From IMG/VR virus record IMGVR_UViG_3300043313_000558: a DNA stretch of 64,000 bases; one strand, written 5' to 3'. The first letter of the stretch is position 1. The number at the start of each line of letters is the position of its first letter. The notes under the pieces were generated by a model, which worked only from the letters and a program-made list of their open reading frames with translations, had not been told where the DNA came from and did not search any database. Positions 36,488 through 45,792 of this stretch are shown here, piece after piece. Made by a program: the position numbers and the translations under genes. Origin of the DNA: a virus. Taxonomy: Duplodnaviria > Heunggongvirae > Uroviricota > Caudoviricetes.

Positions 36488-36565
36488 GACGGTTGGTGTC
36501 TCTTTCTTCTGGTTGGTGTTGGGTGCACAACAGTGGGGCCTCCTAATGCCAGGAGGCCCCGGGTA

Positions 36566-36739
36566 CTACTTCAGTCGCAGAGTTCGCAACCGTAGCCCTG
36601 CGGGTACGCGCTGGACTCGCCCATGTAAGCGAGATCGACGTACCGCACGACGTTGTTGAGCCGGACCTCAATGGCCCGGCAGCCGAGACACTGCCCGTAG
36701 ATGGGCTTGATCTCGACGTCTGCCTTGGTGTCGGCCATA
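36566..36739 (-). CDS. zinc-ribbon peptide (57 aa)
   Basis: hand translation MADTKADVEIKPIYGQCLGCRAIEV...GYGCELCD. Confidence 0.3.
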
Positions 36740-36747
36740 GCTCCCTC

Positions 36748-37116
36748 TCAGACGGCCCGCAGGCGCGGGCTGCTGTCGTCCTCGGCCTGCATCAAGGACG
36801 AGTAGAGCTCAGCGATCTTGCGCTGCTGAACCTCGACCATCCGAGCCAGGGCCCGGCTGGCCAGGTCCTGGTTGGTCGCGGCCACCACCTTGGCGGTGGC
36901 CTGCATCGGCAGCACGTCCTCCGGCTGGTTCAGGAAGTACCGAACCACCCCGGATAGCTCCGGGTGAAGGTGGACCAAGGTGTTGGCCAGGTTCCAACGG
37001 GTGGCGTGCACGACGTCGGTGCCGACGCCCTTGCACTTGACGCCCACAGCAACGCTGCAGGTCGGGCACTGGATGTCGGTGTACGAGCCGAGGACCTCGG
37101 CGTGGGCGATCTTCAT
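36748..37116 (-). CDS. 122-aa protein with N-terminal zinc ribbon
   Basis: internal start MKIAHAEVLGSYTDIQCPTCSVAVGVKCKG. Confidence 0.4.
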   Translation of the reverse strand: MKIAHAEVLGSYTDIQCPTCSVAVGVKCKGVGTDVVHATRWNLANTLVHLHPELSGVVRYFLNQPEDVLPMQATAKVVAATNQDLASRALARMVEVQQRKIAELYSSLMQAEDDSSPRLRAV

Positions 37117-37183
37117 GGTGGTACTGCCTTTCTGGTGGGTACAGCAGAAGGGGCCCCAGCGGTTGCTGGGGCCCCGGTGGTGC

Positions 37184-37396
37184 TCAGTTGGACATGATGA
37201 AGATGTTCGTGACCACGGTGGTGGAAGCAACCACCTGACCGTTCGCATCGAACAGGAACATCCGTCCTCTGATGACCTGGATCCTGGCCGCCTTGCGGGC
37301 CCAACCTTTGTCGTCGTGGATGAGCACGACGCCGACGTTGGGCCGGGCGATCACGGTGTAGCGCGACCCGGAGGCCGTGTCGACCGTTGCGCTCAT
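37184..37396 (-). CDS. hypothetical 70-aa protein
   Basis: internal start MSATVDTASG; first gene after the promoter/hairpin cassette. Confidence 0.35.
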   Translation of the reverse strand: MSATVDTASGSRYTVIARPNVGVVLIHDDKGWARKAARIQVIRGRMFLFDANGQVVASTTVVTNIFIMSN

Positions 37397-37497
37397 GTGG
37401 TTGGAGCACAGGATCGAGATGTCGGTGTTGCGGCGCACGTTCTGAAGCGCGGTAGTAGACACGGTGCAGTGTCCTTTCTGGTGGTGGGCATGAAAAA

Positions 37498-37543
37498 GCG
37501 GGCGGAGCCGTGTGCGTCTCTCGCAGGACACAGCTCCGCCCGC
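37498..37543 (-). terminator. 11-bp-stem hairpin followed by T5 on the minus strand, directly downstream of a TATAAT box
   Basis: gcgggcggagc / gctccgcccgc; plus-strand gaaaaa at 37492-37497. Confidence 0.5.
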
Positions 37544-37547
37544 TCCT

Positions 37548-37615
37548 TCTATTATAGGGCATTTTTGAGCCTTTTACCAACTATTTGGCCCCTTTTTGCC
37601 CCCTTTTTGCCTCCT
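37548..37615 (-). promoter_or_regulatory. conserved promoter-like element copy 1 (TCAAAAATGCCCTATAATAG on minus strand) with upstream GGCAAAAAGGGG direct repeats
   Basis: plus-strand attata at 37551-37556; second copy with the same core at 55172-55216. Confidence 0.45.
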
Positions 37616-38433
37616 TAGGCGTCGACCTTCGACATCTCCAGGAAGGCCCGCTCGACCGCCGCGAAATCGACCTCGGGGGCCTTCAGGTCCGCGAGCTCCT
37701 CGAAACGGTCGATGATCCGGTGCGCCTGGGACAGCAGCATCCGGTGCTGGATCTCCTTGCCCTGCTCGTCCCGGGCGAACAGGAAGTCCGCGTCGAACTC
37801 GTCGTCCAGGAAGGTGTCGAAGCAGCTGGCCATCTCGAAGACCTCAGAAGGCACCTTGGGCGCGTAGGCCATGGTGGCCGCCTCCCGGGCCTTCCAGACC
37901 CGCTCCTGAGCGTCACGGAGCAGATTCTGCCGGTTGATCTGGTCCTTGGCGGCGATCACCTCCTGACAGGCCTTGATCGTCTCCCTGGCCATGAAGATCT
38001 TGGCGTCGCGCTCACCACGACGGCGCAGCCGCTCCCAGTGCCGGACGTTGTTGACCAGCCGGTCGGTGAGGATCTGCATCCAGACCTCCAGGCCACCGTT
38101 GCCGACCAGGTAGGTGCCCACGGTGCGGTGGGCCAGGTCCAGGGCCTTCATCGAGCAGGCCGGGCAGAGCAGCCGGGCCTCACGCTGGACGACAGGGTCA
38201 TCCTCGCCAGGCCCGGTGGAGATCTCGTAGGTCTTCAGCTCGGTGTGCTTGCACAGCGAGTCGTTGACCCCGTGAATCATCCGGGCCAGGAACTTGTCGG
38301 AGCAGGCGGGCAGGTCGGAGATGTCCGGGTCGCCGGTCTCCCAGGCGATCACGTTCATCGCGCAGCCGTAGCCGGATCCCCTCAGGTGGGATCCGACGGC
38401 CAGGCGCAGGGGTTCGGTGATGGAAGTGGTCAT
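37615..38433 (-). CDS. hypothetical 272-aa protein
   Basis: internal start MTTSITEPLR; ATGA overlap with upstream stop. Confidence 0.45.
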   Translation of the reverse strand: MTTSITEPLRLAVGSHLRGSGYGCAMNVIAWETGDPDISDLPACSDKFLARMIHGVNDSLCKHTELKTYEISTGPGEDDPVVQREARLLCPACSMKALDLAHRTVGTYLVGNGGLEVWMQILTDRLVNNVRHWERLRRRGERDAKIFMARETIKACQEVIAAKDQINRQNLLRDAQERVWKAREAATMAYAPKVPSEVFEMASCFDTFLDDEFDADFLFARDEQGKEIQHRMLLSQAHRIIDRFEELADLKAPEVDFAAVERAFLEMSKVDA

Positions 38434-39239
38434 GAGTCGTCCTCGTCGTCGGGGGTGGGCATGTCGGGCGGGATCATGTTCTGCAGGATCCGGGTGATCA
38501 CCTCGGGGATCTTCTCCTCGGGGTCTCGGGTGTCCTGGCGACCGATCGGTCCCAGGTCGTGGGTAAACCACATTGCGCAGTCCTGGCCCCGAGCACCGGC
38601 GTAGTAACCGGCGAACAGGGCCTCGATGTAGACCCCGGTCATGATGGTGGCCATCGCGAACCGGGCGTCGTTGGGGTCCAGGACCAGGAAAGCTGCCTTG
38701 AAGTCGTCCATCTCGGCCATCGCACCGTCGGCGTAGCGCGCCATCCGGTTACCGATCGCGTCGATGAACTTCTGCCCGAGCATGATGTTCATGTACTCGG
38801 GCCTGGTCTCGTGGTAGTAGTACGTGTGCTGGATGGCCCGCAGGAACTGCTCGTGCAGCGCAGCGTCGGGAAAGGCCTTGAGGTCATCCATGATCGTGTC
38901 GTTGGTAGGACCACGCAGCGGGTCGAAGTTGAAGTCCATCAGGTCGGTCATGCTCTCGGGGTTGACCCGCATGGCGTTCTTGAACTCCTCGATCGCCGCG
39001 TTGCGCTCCTCGTCGGTCTCGGCCGCGGTCATCCTCGCCAGGATGGCGATGAACTCCTCGATCTCGGCGTCGGTGTAATCGTGCTCCTCTCGGTTCTCGA
39101 CCAGGTAGGCCACCGAGGCAGCAAAGCCCTCGATGTCCTCGTTGGTTCGTACCAGGCCGGGCTTTGCGTACTCCTTGTAGATCAGATCCCGGATGTGTTC
39201 CCGGAACTCGTTGGGGTTATCCAGGCAGGTCAAGCACAT
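38430..39239 (-). CDS. hypothetical 269-aa acidic protein
   Basis: internal start MCLTCLDNPNEF preceded by aaaggagag RBS. Confidence 0.45.
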   Translation of the reverse strand: MCLTCLDNPNEFREHIRDLIYKEYAKPGLVRTNEDIEGFAASVAYLVENREEHDYTDAEIEEFIAILARMTAAETDEERNAAIEEFKNAMRVNPESMTDLMDFNFDPLRGPTNDTIMDDLKAFPDAALHEQFLRAIQHTYYYHETRPEYMNIMLGQKFIDAIGNRMARYADGAMAEMDDFKAAFLVLDPNDARFAMATIMTGVYIEALFAGYYAGARGQDCAMWFTHDLGPIGRQDTRDPEEKIPEVITRILQNMIPPDMPTPDDEDDS

Positions 39240-39266
39240 TGCGTACGCTCTCCTTTTGAACGTAGA

Positions 39267-39312
39267 AAAGGCCCCCGGTTCACTCATTGGGTTGAGTTGG
39301 CCGGGGGCCTTT
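39267..39312 (-). terminator. intrinsic terminator: 12-bp perfect stem + TTTT on minus strand
   Basis: aaaggcccccgg / ccgggggccttt with 22-nt loop. Confidence 0.55.
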
Positions 39313-39811
39313 CGCGGAGTATCTCTGGAAGGACTTCTCCTCTGCTTCACTCACTAGCTGCTCGGGGAGCCTTTGAGCGAAACGGTTACAAGCGGGTCGG
39401 TGGGCCGCACTCTCGTGGCGACTCACAGGCGGTTATTCCCGCGTTGTGCTTCTATTGTATCACGGTTGTGTCAGACCTTCAAGCAGTCCTTTGATCGACT
39501 CCACGTGGTCCCCGGGAAGGCGGATCTCGTGGGAGGTCATCAGCACCACCGTGATCGGTTCACTGCCTCGTAGTTCGCGCAGGTACACACCCTCGACCTT
39601 CGAGGGGAACACCCACACGTGGTCGAAGATCTCGATCACCTCATACTCCTTATCTCCCGCTCCAGGGCTTCCACCTGGTGCCTCTTGATGTGCTGCCACG
39701 CGGAGGTAACCGCGTCGAGGTGTCGGTAGGCGTAGTCCGCCCAGCTCCCACACAAGCGACACGAGACCCGCCATCGGAAAGGCGGGAACGTGTAGTGCCT
39801 CCGGATCCGGA

Positions 39812-40084
39812 TCATCTTCCAAGTTCGGCTGGCTCTGCGGGTTGGTTCCAGGTCACCGCCACTACCGGGGAGGTGATAGTGGTGGGCAACGTGCCGTTTG
39901 GATTGATCCACGGCCACAGGATGACCAGGCCGATCTCGGTCTGTGCGAGTGCTTGATACGGCCTCCACTCGCCATCAACTCCCACTCGGGGGGTCGGGTC
40001 GTTGACCCCGCTCAGGCGGCGGATCCGGCGAAGTCGCTCGTCCACTTCGTAGAGCGAGTTCGCGGTCTGGTACCGGACGGTCAT
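39812..40084 (-). CDS. hypothetical 90-aa protein
   Basis: ORF. Confidence 0.35.
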   Translation of the reverse strand: MTVRYQTANSLYEVDERLRRIRRLSGVNDPTPRVGVDGEWRPYQALAQTEIGLVILWPWINPNGTLPTTITSPVVAVTWNQPAEPAELGR

Positions 40085-40393
40085 GGAGCTCCTTTCGGAT
40101 TGCGTTCAGGTCCTCGACGACGGTGTTGTGCCAGTCGTCGTGGACGTCGGTGTCGAGCACGAGCACCCCGCACTCCTGGCAGATCACGGTGATCTCCAGG
40201 GTGTAGGAGGGCTCGTAGCGGGTCAGCCCGGCCATCGCGAAGCCGGGGACCTCGCGGTGGTGGGTGTACAGGTGACCGTTCTTGGAGACCCAGCCCTCGT
40301 ACCCGCAGCCGCATCGACCCCGCGCCTTCTCGGTCACGGGGTCGATCCACAGGTCCACAGGACGCCGTGACGGGCACGGCGATGACCCGCGCA

Positions 40394-40726
40394 TCAGATG
40401 CCATGCGGAAGGTCTGGGGTGCGCTCAGAGAGCTGTTCCTGGAGCTTCAGGAGCCGCTCCCGCTGGTCGCTGGTCATCCCCTGCGGCGGGACCTTGCCGT
40501 CGACCATGTCCTCGAAGGACAGACCGCGCTGGAAGGTCTCGACCGCCTCGATCCGCTCGGTGGTGATCTGGAGCAACCCCAAGGTCACCTCCTGCAGCAC
40601 GGCCATCCGCTGCACCACGTCGGTCATCTTGGAGATCAACGTCATCTCCAGGCTGACCTCCTCCTCCAGGTTCTCTTCCTCGGCCATCAGTTCTTCCTCT
40701 CGACTTGGTGGTCCAGGTAGTTGCAC
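40394..40726 (-). CDS. acidic coiled-coil 110-aa protein
   Basis: EEE-rich N-terminus and heptad helices. Confidence 0.4.
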   Translation of the reverse strand: MQLPGPPSREEELMAEEENLEEEVSLEMTLISKMTDVVQRMAVLQEVTLGLLQITTERIEAVETFQRGLSFEDMVDGKVPPQGMTSDQRERLLKLQEQLSERTPDLPHGI

Positions 40727-40846
40727 ACGCAGGTCACCCGACGGTCGATGATCCGGTCGTAGGTGGTGCCGTCGCAGTCGGTGTGGTTACCGGTCTGGCA
40801 CTGCGGACAGATCATGTTGTTCAGGTCCTCGATGGTGACCGCCTCG

Positions 40847-41413
40847 TCATCGGGGGACACGGTCACCGTCTTCGCGGTCCTGGTGCATCGGCTTGGCCGC
40901 CTCCGCGGAGCCGATCGGGTGCATCCCGGCGTCGATCGGGCGCTCACCGGAGTCGATGGTGTAGTCCCCGGAGTCCTTGGCGATCACCGAGGACACCTCA
41001 GAGCTGCCACCGTGGATCACCCGCTCCTGCACCTCATTGGCCTTGCGCTGCTCCTCGGCGTCGTGGTCACGGACCATCTTGATCACCATCCGGGCCACCG
41101 AGGTGAAGGACTCGGTGACCCGAGCACCGGTCAGGCTGGCAGCCATCTTGGCGATCTGGTCACCGACCTCGTCGCGGAACTTCTCCTCGGCCGTGGGCCG
41201 GGACAAGATGGTGATGAACCGGATGTTCTCCCAGGGCACCCAGTAGCGCGAGACGTAGACCCCGCCGTTGTGGATCGAACGGTGGCCTTCCTGCATCGGT
41301 TCGATGCCGGTGATCCGGCCCTCCATCATCGTCTCGTCGAAGAGCTGGACCCGTGCCCGGTCACCGACTTCGAGCTGGTTGAACCTGCCGTGCAGGCTGT
41401 TCTGGTTGATCAC
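40847..41413 (-). CDS. hypothetical 188-aa protein (possible partner of the upstream toxin-like fusion)
   Basis: ATGA-coupled directly downstream of 41410..41907. Confidence 0.4.
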   Translation of the reverse strand: MINQNSLHGRFNQLEVGDRARVQLFDETMMEGRITGIEPMQEGHRSIHNGGVYVSRYWVPWENIRFITILSRPTAEEKFRDEVGDQIAKMAASLTGARVTESFTSVARMVIKMVRDHDAEEQRKANEVQERVIHGGSSEVSSVIAKDSGDYTIDSGERPIDAGMHPIGSAEAAKPMHQDREDGDRVPR

Positions 41414-41907
41414 GATGCTTTGCCTCTCATTCGCTTTGCCTGAGCATCCTTCTTCAGGAAGGAGGACCAGGCGTTGGGGATGGACCGGTGATCAGACGGG
41501 GTGACCGGCAAGCTCATCAGGAACTCGCCGGTGACCTTGTCCACCACGCGGTAGTGGGATCCGCCCATCTCGACTCGGTAGCCGTGATCGAGGATCCGCT
41601 TGACCAGCGCCTTCATCGTGGTGGGACCGGTCTTCCCGGCACCACCAGGCGCTTTGCTGCCTGCCCTTGACTCGTGATGGTGGTCAACCATCACGCTCAT
41701 GATCACCGGGCGCTTTGGCTCCCGGTAGCCCACGACCACGATGACGTCTCCTGCTCGATACCTCACGATCAGGTGACCGACCTCGTGGGAGCGTGGGTCT
41801 AACTGCGGGTTGGTCTTGTTGGTGACAATCAGTTCAACGTCGTCCGGGGTGAGCCCATAGGACTGCGCGTACTCCTTGGCGTCGTCGTGCCAATCAATGC
41901 TCGCCAT
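41410..41907 (-). CDS. two-domain toxin-like protein: N-terminal BrnT/DUF497 (RelE-fold)-like domain fused to C-terminal HicA(YcfA)-like domain
   Basis: N-terminus IDWHDDAKEYAQSYGLTPDDVELIV ... DPRSHEVGHLIVRYRAGDVIVVVGYREPKRPVIMSVMV parallels the BrnT FEWDxxKAxxNxxKHGxxFEEA...RLLVVVYTER pattern; C-terminus KALVKRILDHGYRVEMGGSHYRVVDKVTGEFLMSLPVTPSDHRSIPNAWSSFLKK parallels HicA ..GSH.....vtvP.H...l..gtl.sIlKq. Confidence 0.5.
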   Translation of the reverse strand: MASIDWHDDAKEYAQSYGLTPDDVELIVTNKTNPQLDPRSHEVGHLIVRYRAGDVIVVVGYREPKRPVIMSVMVDHHHESRAGSKAPGGAGKTGPTTMKALVKRILDHGYRVEMGGSHYRVVDKVTGEFLMSLPVTPSDHRSIPNAWSSFLKKDAQAKRMRGKAS

Positions 41908-41955
41908 GTGCGTTGCCTTTCGGGCATAGGGAAAGCCCCGGCCAATGAACCGGGG

Positions 41956-42279
41956 CTACAGCTTGCGGGTGATGATCTCCTTGTAGTTCATGTTGCTCCG
42001 GTGGCAGATCGCACACGCGAAGCCGTTCAAACCGTGGTGCACACAGCAGTGTGCGATCCAGCCCTGGATGTAGATCACGCAGGGCTCACAAAGCAGGATG
42101 GTGCACCCGCTCTGCGCACCGACATGAGAACCAAGCCAGGTGGCCGGTTCCTTGTGGTGGCTCTTGCAGCGCTTCTTGCGCACGTCGCACGGAACGGACT
42201 CGTCGAAGTCCTCCATGGTGATGGTGTCGAAGTCCAGACCCTCGTGGGTGAGCTCGTCGATGCCGGGGATCGAGGTCAT
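41956..42279 (-). CDS. Cys-rich 107-aa protein
   Basis: internal start MTSIPGIDEL; CKSHH..CTILLCEPC..HCCVHH..CAICH. Confidence 0.4.
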   Translation of the reverse strand: MTSIPGIDELTHEGLDFDTITMEDFDESVPCDVRKKRCKSHHKEPATWLGSHVGAQSGCTILLCEPCVIYIQGWIAHCCVHHGLNGFACAICHRSNMNYKEIITRKL

Positions 42280-42599
42280 GTCGGTTCTCCTTGGATGTCG
42301 GTTGGAATGTCGGAGAGGTCTACGTAGTCGGCCATGGGTGCCGTGTACTGGTTGAAGGAGGGGAACAGGTGCTCGGCCATGCACTGCATAACGTCGCACT
42401 GTTCTCCGTTCTGGAAGTCGTTGAACTGTTGGGTGACCTTGGCGATGAGCCGTAACCTGCACATGTCGCAGGCGAGGAAGACCTTCTCGCAGTCCCCGGT
42501 GAAGTCGGGCTTCGGGTGGAGGACTACGTACTGCTTTTCTCTGGGGGTCTCGGAGAAGTGCGAGCACGCTCCGAACGGTTCGAGGTACTGGGTCGTCAT
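42276..42599 (-). CDS. Cys-containing 107-aa protein
   Basis: GDCEKVFLACDMCRL. Confidence 0.4.
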   Translation of the reverse strand: MTTQYLEPFGACSHFSETPREKQYVVLHPKPDFTGDCEKVFLACDMCRLRLIAKVTQQFNDFQNGEQCDVMQCMAEHLFPSFNQYTAPMADYVDLSDIPTDIQGEPT

Positions 42600-42819
42600 C
42601 GAACTCCTTGGTGCTGGTGGCCACCGTGGTGGCCTCGGACTCCTTCGGAGCCTGTTCTTTTTGGGCGCAGCAACTCATTGGCATCAACAGCCCTAGAGCT
42701 CGCTACAGGGAAGTTAGGCCCAGTGAGTGCCACAGGCCGGTTCGCTCCACGCTGGTGTTCCGGTGCACCGCTGCCAGGCCCTGGCTCAGCGGTATGGGCG
42801 TCAGCACCATGCCCTGGCG

Positions 42820-43080
42820 CTACATGACGCCCTTGAGGAAGGAGGGCTGCTCCACTGGAGCACGCTCCCTGCGCTTGGCATCCCGCATGTTGCTGCGGTG
42901 CCCGTTACGGCGCTTCCAGGCCTTGAACCGGGCCTCGTGGACGTTGTGCCGACCTACGCCCTGGCACCGGTCTCCGGGCCAGGCGTTGCACTGCGGGCAC
43001 TGGACGTTGGTGGCCAGGTCCTTCTTGGTCTTCTTGCGGGCACCCACGATCGACATCGCGGCTCCGCGGCTTCCCTTCAT
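42820..43080 (-). CDS. basic zinc-ribbon protein (86 aa)
   Basis: CPQCNAWPGDRC followed by a Lys/Arg-rich tail. Confidence 0.4.
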   Translation of the reverse strand: MKGSRGAAMSIVGARKKTKKDLATNVQCPQCNAWPGDRCQGVGRHNVHEARFKAWKRRNGHRSNMRDAKRRERAPVEQPSFLKGVM

Positions 43081-43214
43081 TGGGCTTGGTACCTCCTGCG
43101 GTGTTGTGCAGCGCAGAGGGAGCCCGTAGGCTCAGCCCTGCGCGTCCGACAAACGCAACGTACAGCCCCCGCCAGGACCCGGTCAACACCGGCGAGCGGG
43201 GGCTGTACGGCGTA

Positions 43215-43463
43215 CTACCTGCTGAGGCCTCGTCTGAGACGCCGGTAGTCCTCCCGCGACCGGGAGTGTCGGCCACGGTCGCCCCAGTGGACCAGGTCGA
43301 TCCACATGAAGTGACGGCCGAGGCCGAGGTTGATGCGACGGTTCGGGCCTTCGCTGTGGACCGTGCCGTCGTCCCAGGTCCAGGTGCCTACGAAGGCCTG
43401 GCACTCCTTGTCCCACCCGCAGTAGTGCAGGCGGAAGAAGGGCCAGGGTGTGCCGATCTTCAT
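43215..43463 (-). CDS. hypothetical 82-aa Trp-rich protein
   Basis: ORF. Confidence 0.35.
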   Translation of the reverse strand: MKIGTPWPFFRLHYCGWDKECQAFVGTWTWDDGTVHSEGPNRRINLGLGRHFMWIDLVHWGDRGRHSRSREDYRRLRRGLSR

Positions 43464-43744
43464 CTTGTAGCCCCATGACCCCGGGGCGCGGGGATGGTTA
43501 CCCGCCCACGTCCAGCAGGACGCAGGCGATGATGAACACGATCGGGCCGAAGATCAGGACGATCCCCAACCAGAACCCGACCGGGTCCTCCTTCACGGGG
43601 TGGGTGGCACCCCGTAGGAGCGGTCCAGTTCCTCCCAGACGATGTGCTCGAAATCCTTGAGCAGAGCCCGGATGATGGTTCTGGCGGTGTCCTCAGTGAA
43701 CTCTGGGGGGTCCACAGGGGGCACCGCCTTCAGCCTGCTCTGCC

Positions 43745-44014
43745 TCATGGTTCCTCGACCCCTTCTTCGTTGGCGATCTGGGCGATCATGGCCGAGCCCA
43801 TCACCCGCCTAGCCAGGGCTATTGCACCCTCCTCGCGGGGGTGGCGCAAGCGACCCTTGTAGGTGGTGGGCTCGCTCTGGGTGGTTCCGAGCTGCCGCTT
43901 GGTGACCGTCCACTCGTACAGGTGGCCGTCCTTGTTGGACCGGTTCGAGAGCCGTACCGCCCGCCAGGTGACCAGGGTGGAGTTGTTCAACTTGATGTCG
44001 CCGGTCAGTGGCAT
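43745..44014 (-). CDS. hypothetical 89-aa protein
   Basis: internal start MPLTGDIKLNN; ATGA overlap with upstream stop. Confidence 0.35.
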   Translation of the reverse strand: MPLTGDIKLNNSTLVTWRAVRLSNRSNKDGHLYEWTVTKRQLGTTQSEPTTYKGRLRHPREEGAIALARRVMGSAMIAQIANEEGVEEP

Positions 44015-44226
44015 CAGGCGGGCTTCCCCCAGGGCCGCTTCTGCCCGGAGTTCTTGGGGATCGTGTAGAGCCCCTTGACCGCGTGGCAGTCCCGACAACG
44101 GTGCATGTCGTCCCAGTGGCCGATGGTGCCGCCGTCGAGGTGGTAGCCCCGACGCCAGCAGACCCAGTGGCCCTTGATGTGCCTGAACTCGATCTCCAGG
44201 CGCTCGCGGATGCTCTTCTTGTGCAT
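44014..44226 (-). CDS. His/Cys-rich 70-aa protein (HNH-like)
   Basis: HIKGHWVCWRRGYHLDGGTIGHWDDMHRCRDCHAVKG. Confidence 0.35.
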   Translation of the reverse strand: MHKKSIRERLEIEFRHIKGHWVCWRRGYHLDGGTIGHWDDMHRCRDCHAVKGLYTIPKNSGQKRPWGKPA

Positions 44227-44552
44227 CAGTCCTCCATGAACGACGTGAGCGACAGATCGAGGCGTGCGGCATTCATGCCGTCGCTCAACCCCATGACGTA
44301 GATGCGCCAGATCACGTTCCTGCGCCTGCCGTGGACGTAGCCCTGGTAGGGGAACGCGTCCCTGACCGTTTGGCAGGGCTCGCCGGGCTTGGCCTCGCAG
44401 ACCGGACAGAGCACCAGCTCGACGGCCTTCTTCATCAGCCGATCGCGGTGGTGCTCGACCAGGCTCTGGTGCTGGTCCAGACGCCGTTGCCGTTCGTCCT
44501 GAGCGTGCTCGATCTGCTCTCTGGTCCTGGTCCCGAGGTCGCTGATGGTCAT
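44226..44552 (-). CDS. hypothetical 108-aa protein with CxxC
   Basis: internal start MTISDLGTRT; LCPVCEAKPGEPCQ. Confidence 0.35.
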   Translation of the reverse strand: MTISDLGTRTREQIEHAQDERQRRLDQHQSLVEHHRDRLMKKAVELVLCPVCEAKPGEPCQTVRDAFPYQGYVHGRRRNVIWRIYVMGLSDGMNAARLDLSLTSFMED

Positions 44553-44845
44553 GCCGCCACCTTCTTGGCCTTGGCGAGCTCGAAGACGCAGCACTTCTCG
44601 CACCAGCCGATGGCGCGGGTGAGCTCCTTCTGGTCTCGGCCGTGCGACCACAGCGCGTCCAGTACCGCCCAGGGAAGCTTGATGGCGTTCTCTCCGGCGC
44701 ACGGGTTAGACGCGTGCATCACGTTGTTGGCCGATAGGAAGTGCAGCTCTTTCGGGTATCTGAGCCCAAACCGGTTCAGATCGCCGTAGTAGAAGTTCGG
44801 CCCGGGGGCCATGTAGATCTCGTGCTTCAGTTCGTCGATGATCAT
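44549..44845 (-). CDS. hypothetical 98-aa protein
   Basis: ORF, ATGA coupled. Confidence 0.35.
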   Translation of the reverse strand: MIIDELKHEIYMAPGPNFYYGDLNRFGLRYPKELHFLSANNVMHASNPCAGENAIKLPWAVLDALWSHGRDQKELTRAIGWCEKCCVFELAKAKKVAA

Positions 44846-45193
44846 CTGCCTTTTCTCTCCTTATTGATGAGCGCCCGCAGGTGCGGGCGCATGTCCTTGC
44901 CTCTCTCTCCGATGGGGACGCCGTCCTCATCGAAGCCCTGAACCCCGAGATCCCGTAGGCGGGACTCGGCGATCAGCTGGTCCCAGAGCGGGTGCCCTGG
45001 TCGCAGGTACTGCTCTGCCTGTGCTTCTGGACTTGGGTCCAACTGGGGCTGCCTTTTGCGCCTCCAAAGCCTCACAGGTCCTTCATCTCCTTCCGCCGAC
45101 GTACTCGTTGGCGTTGTTTACGTAACCGACGAGCGATTGCCCATCGGTGGTACTTGCCGCCGTAGCCGAACAGCCCGTCGTAGCCGGTGAGTT

Positions 45194-45544
45194 TCATGAG
45201 GCCAGGTAGGACGCGGTGTTGGCCGCGAAAGCACCTTGCCAGCCCCACTTATTGAGGACGTACTGCTCGAAGCTGCGCTCGTCGAGGTCGATGGTGTCGC
45301 CCTCAGCCCAGTCCACCATCGAGATGGCGGTGTCGTAGGACTCGGTGTAGTCCTGCGGCTCGGGCAGCCGGAAGGCCATGTCGATCTTCCCGCCCTCACG
45401 AGCCCGCTGTAGGCGGGAGTCCAACAGCTTGATGACCTCTTCGCGGTACACCTCCTGGGCGTCCAGGAACATCTGCCGATGCACCTTGCGGTTCTTTCTC
45501 AGCGTCTTGAGCAGGCGCTTCTTCTTGACCTTGATGATCTCCAT
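45194..45544 (-). CDS. hypothetical 116-aa protein
   Basis: ORF with basic N-terminus. Confidence 0.4.
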   Translation of the reverse strand: MEIIKVKKKRLLKTLRKNRKVHRQMFLDAQEVYREEVIKLLDSRLQRAREGGKIDMAFRLPEPQDYTESYDTAISMVDWAEGDTIDLDERSFEQYVLNKWGWQGAFAANTASYLAS

Positions 45545-45777
45545 CAGGCGACCTCCTTGGGGTTGTTCTCGTCGGTGATGTCGATGACCGGCTGCATGGT
45601 CGCCTCCAGCATCCTGCCGAGCTCACTACGAACCTCGTCCAGGTTCTCTCCGGTAGGCGGTGCGGGGTTGACCGTCCAGCCGATCTGACCTTCCGGGCCG
45701 TAGTAGACCTCCCGGATGGCGAACTCGACTTCACCGGCGAGCTCACGCCGGGTAACGCGGTAGTTCCAGTGGCTCAT
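45544..45777 (-). CDS. hypothetical 77-aa protein
   Basis: ORF. Confidence 0.35.
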   Translation of the reverse strand: MSHWNYRVTRRELAGEVEFAIREVYYGPEGQIGWTVNPAPPTGENLDEVRSELGRMLEATMQPVIDITDENNPKEVA

Positions 45778-45792
45778 CGGTTCACCTCCGTT

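Noticed and set aside
39350-39470. Possible tRNA or small RNA in the 220-bp gap upstream of 38430..39239
   Set aside because: No cloverleaf with GTTCRANYC T-loop or anticodon stem could be drawn by eye. Only the terminator hairpin at 39267-39312 is convincing.
41410-41520. HEVGH in the BrnT-like domain as a zinc-metalloprotease HExxH site
   Set aside because: The surrounding sequence aligns better with the conserved core of the BrnT/DUF497 toxin. There is no downstream third zinc ligand or Met-turn, so a metalloprotease call is not supported.
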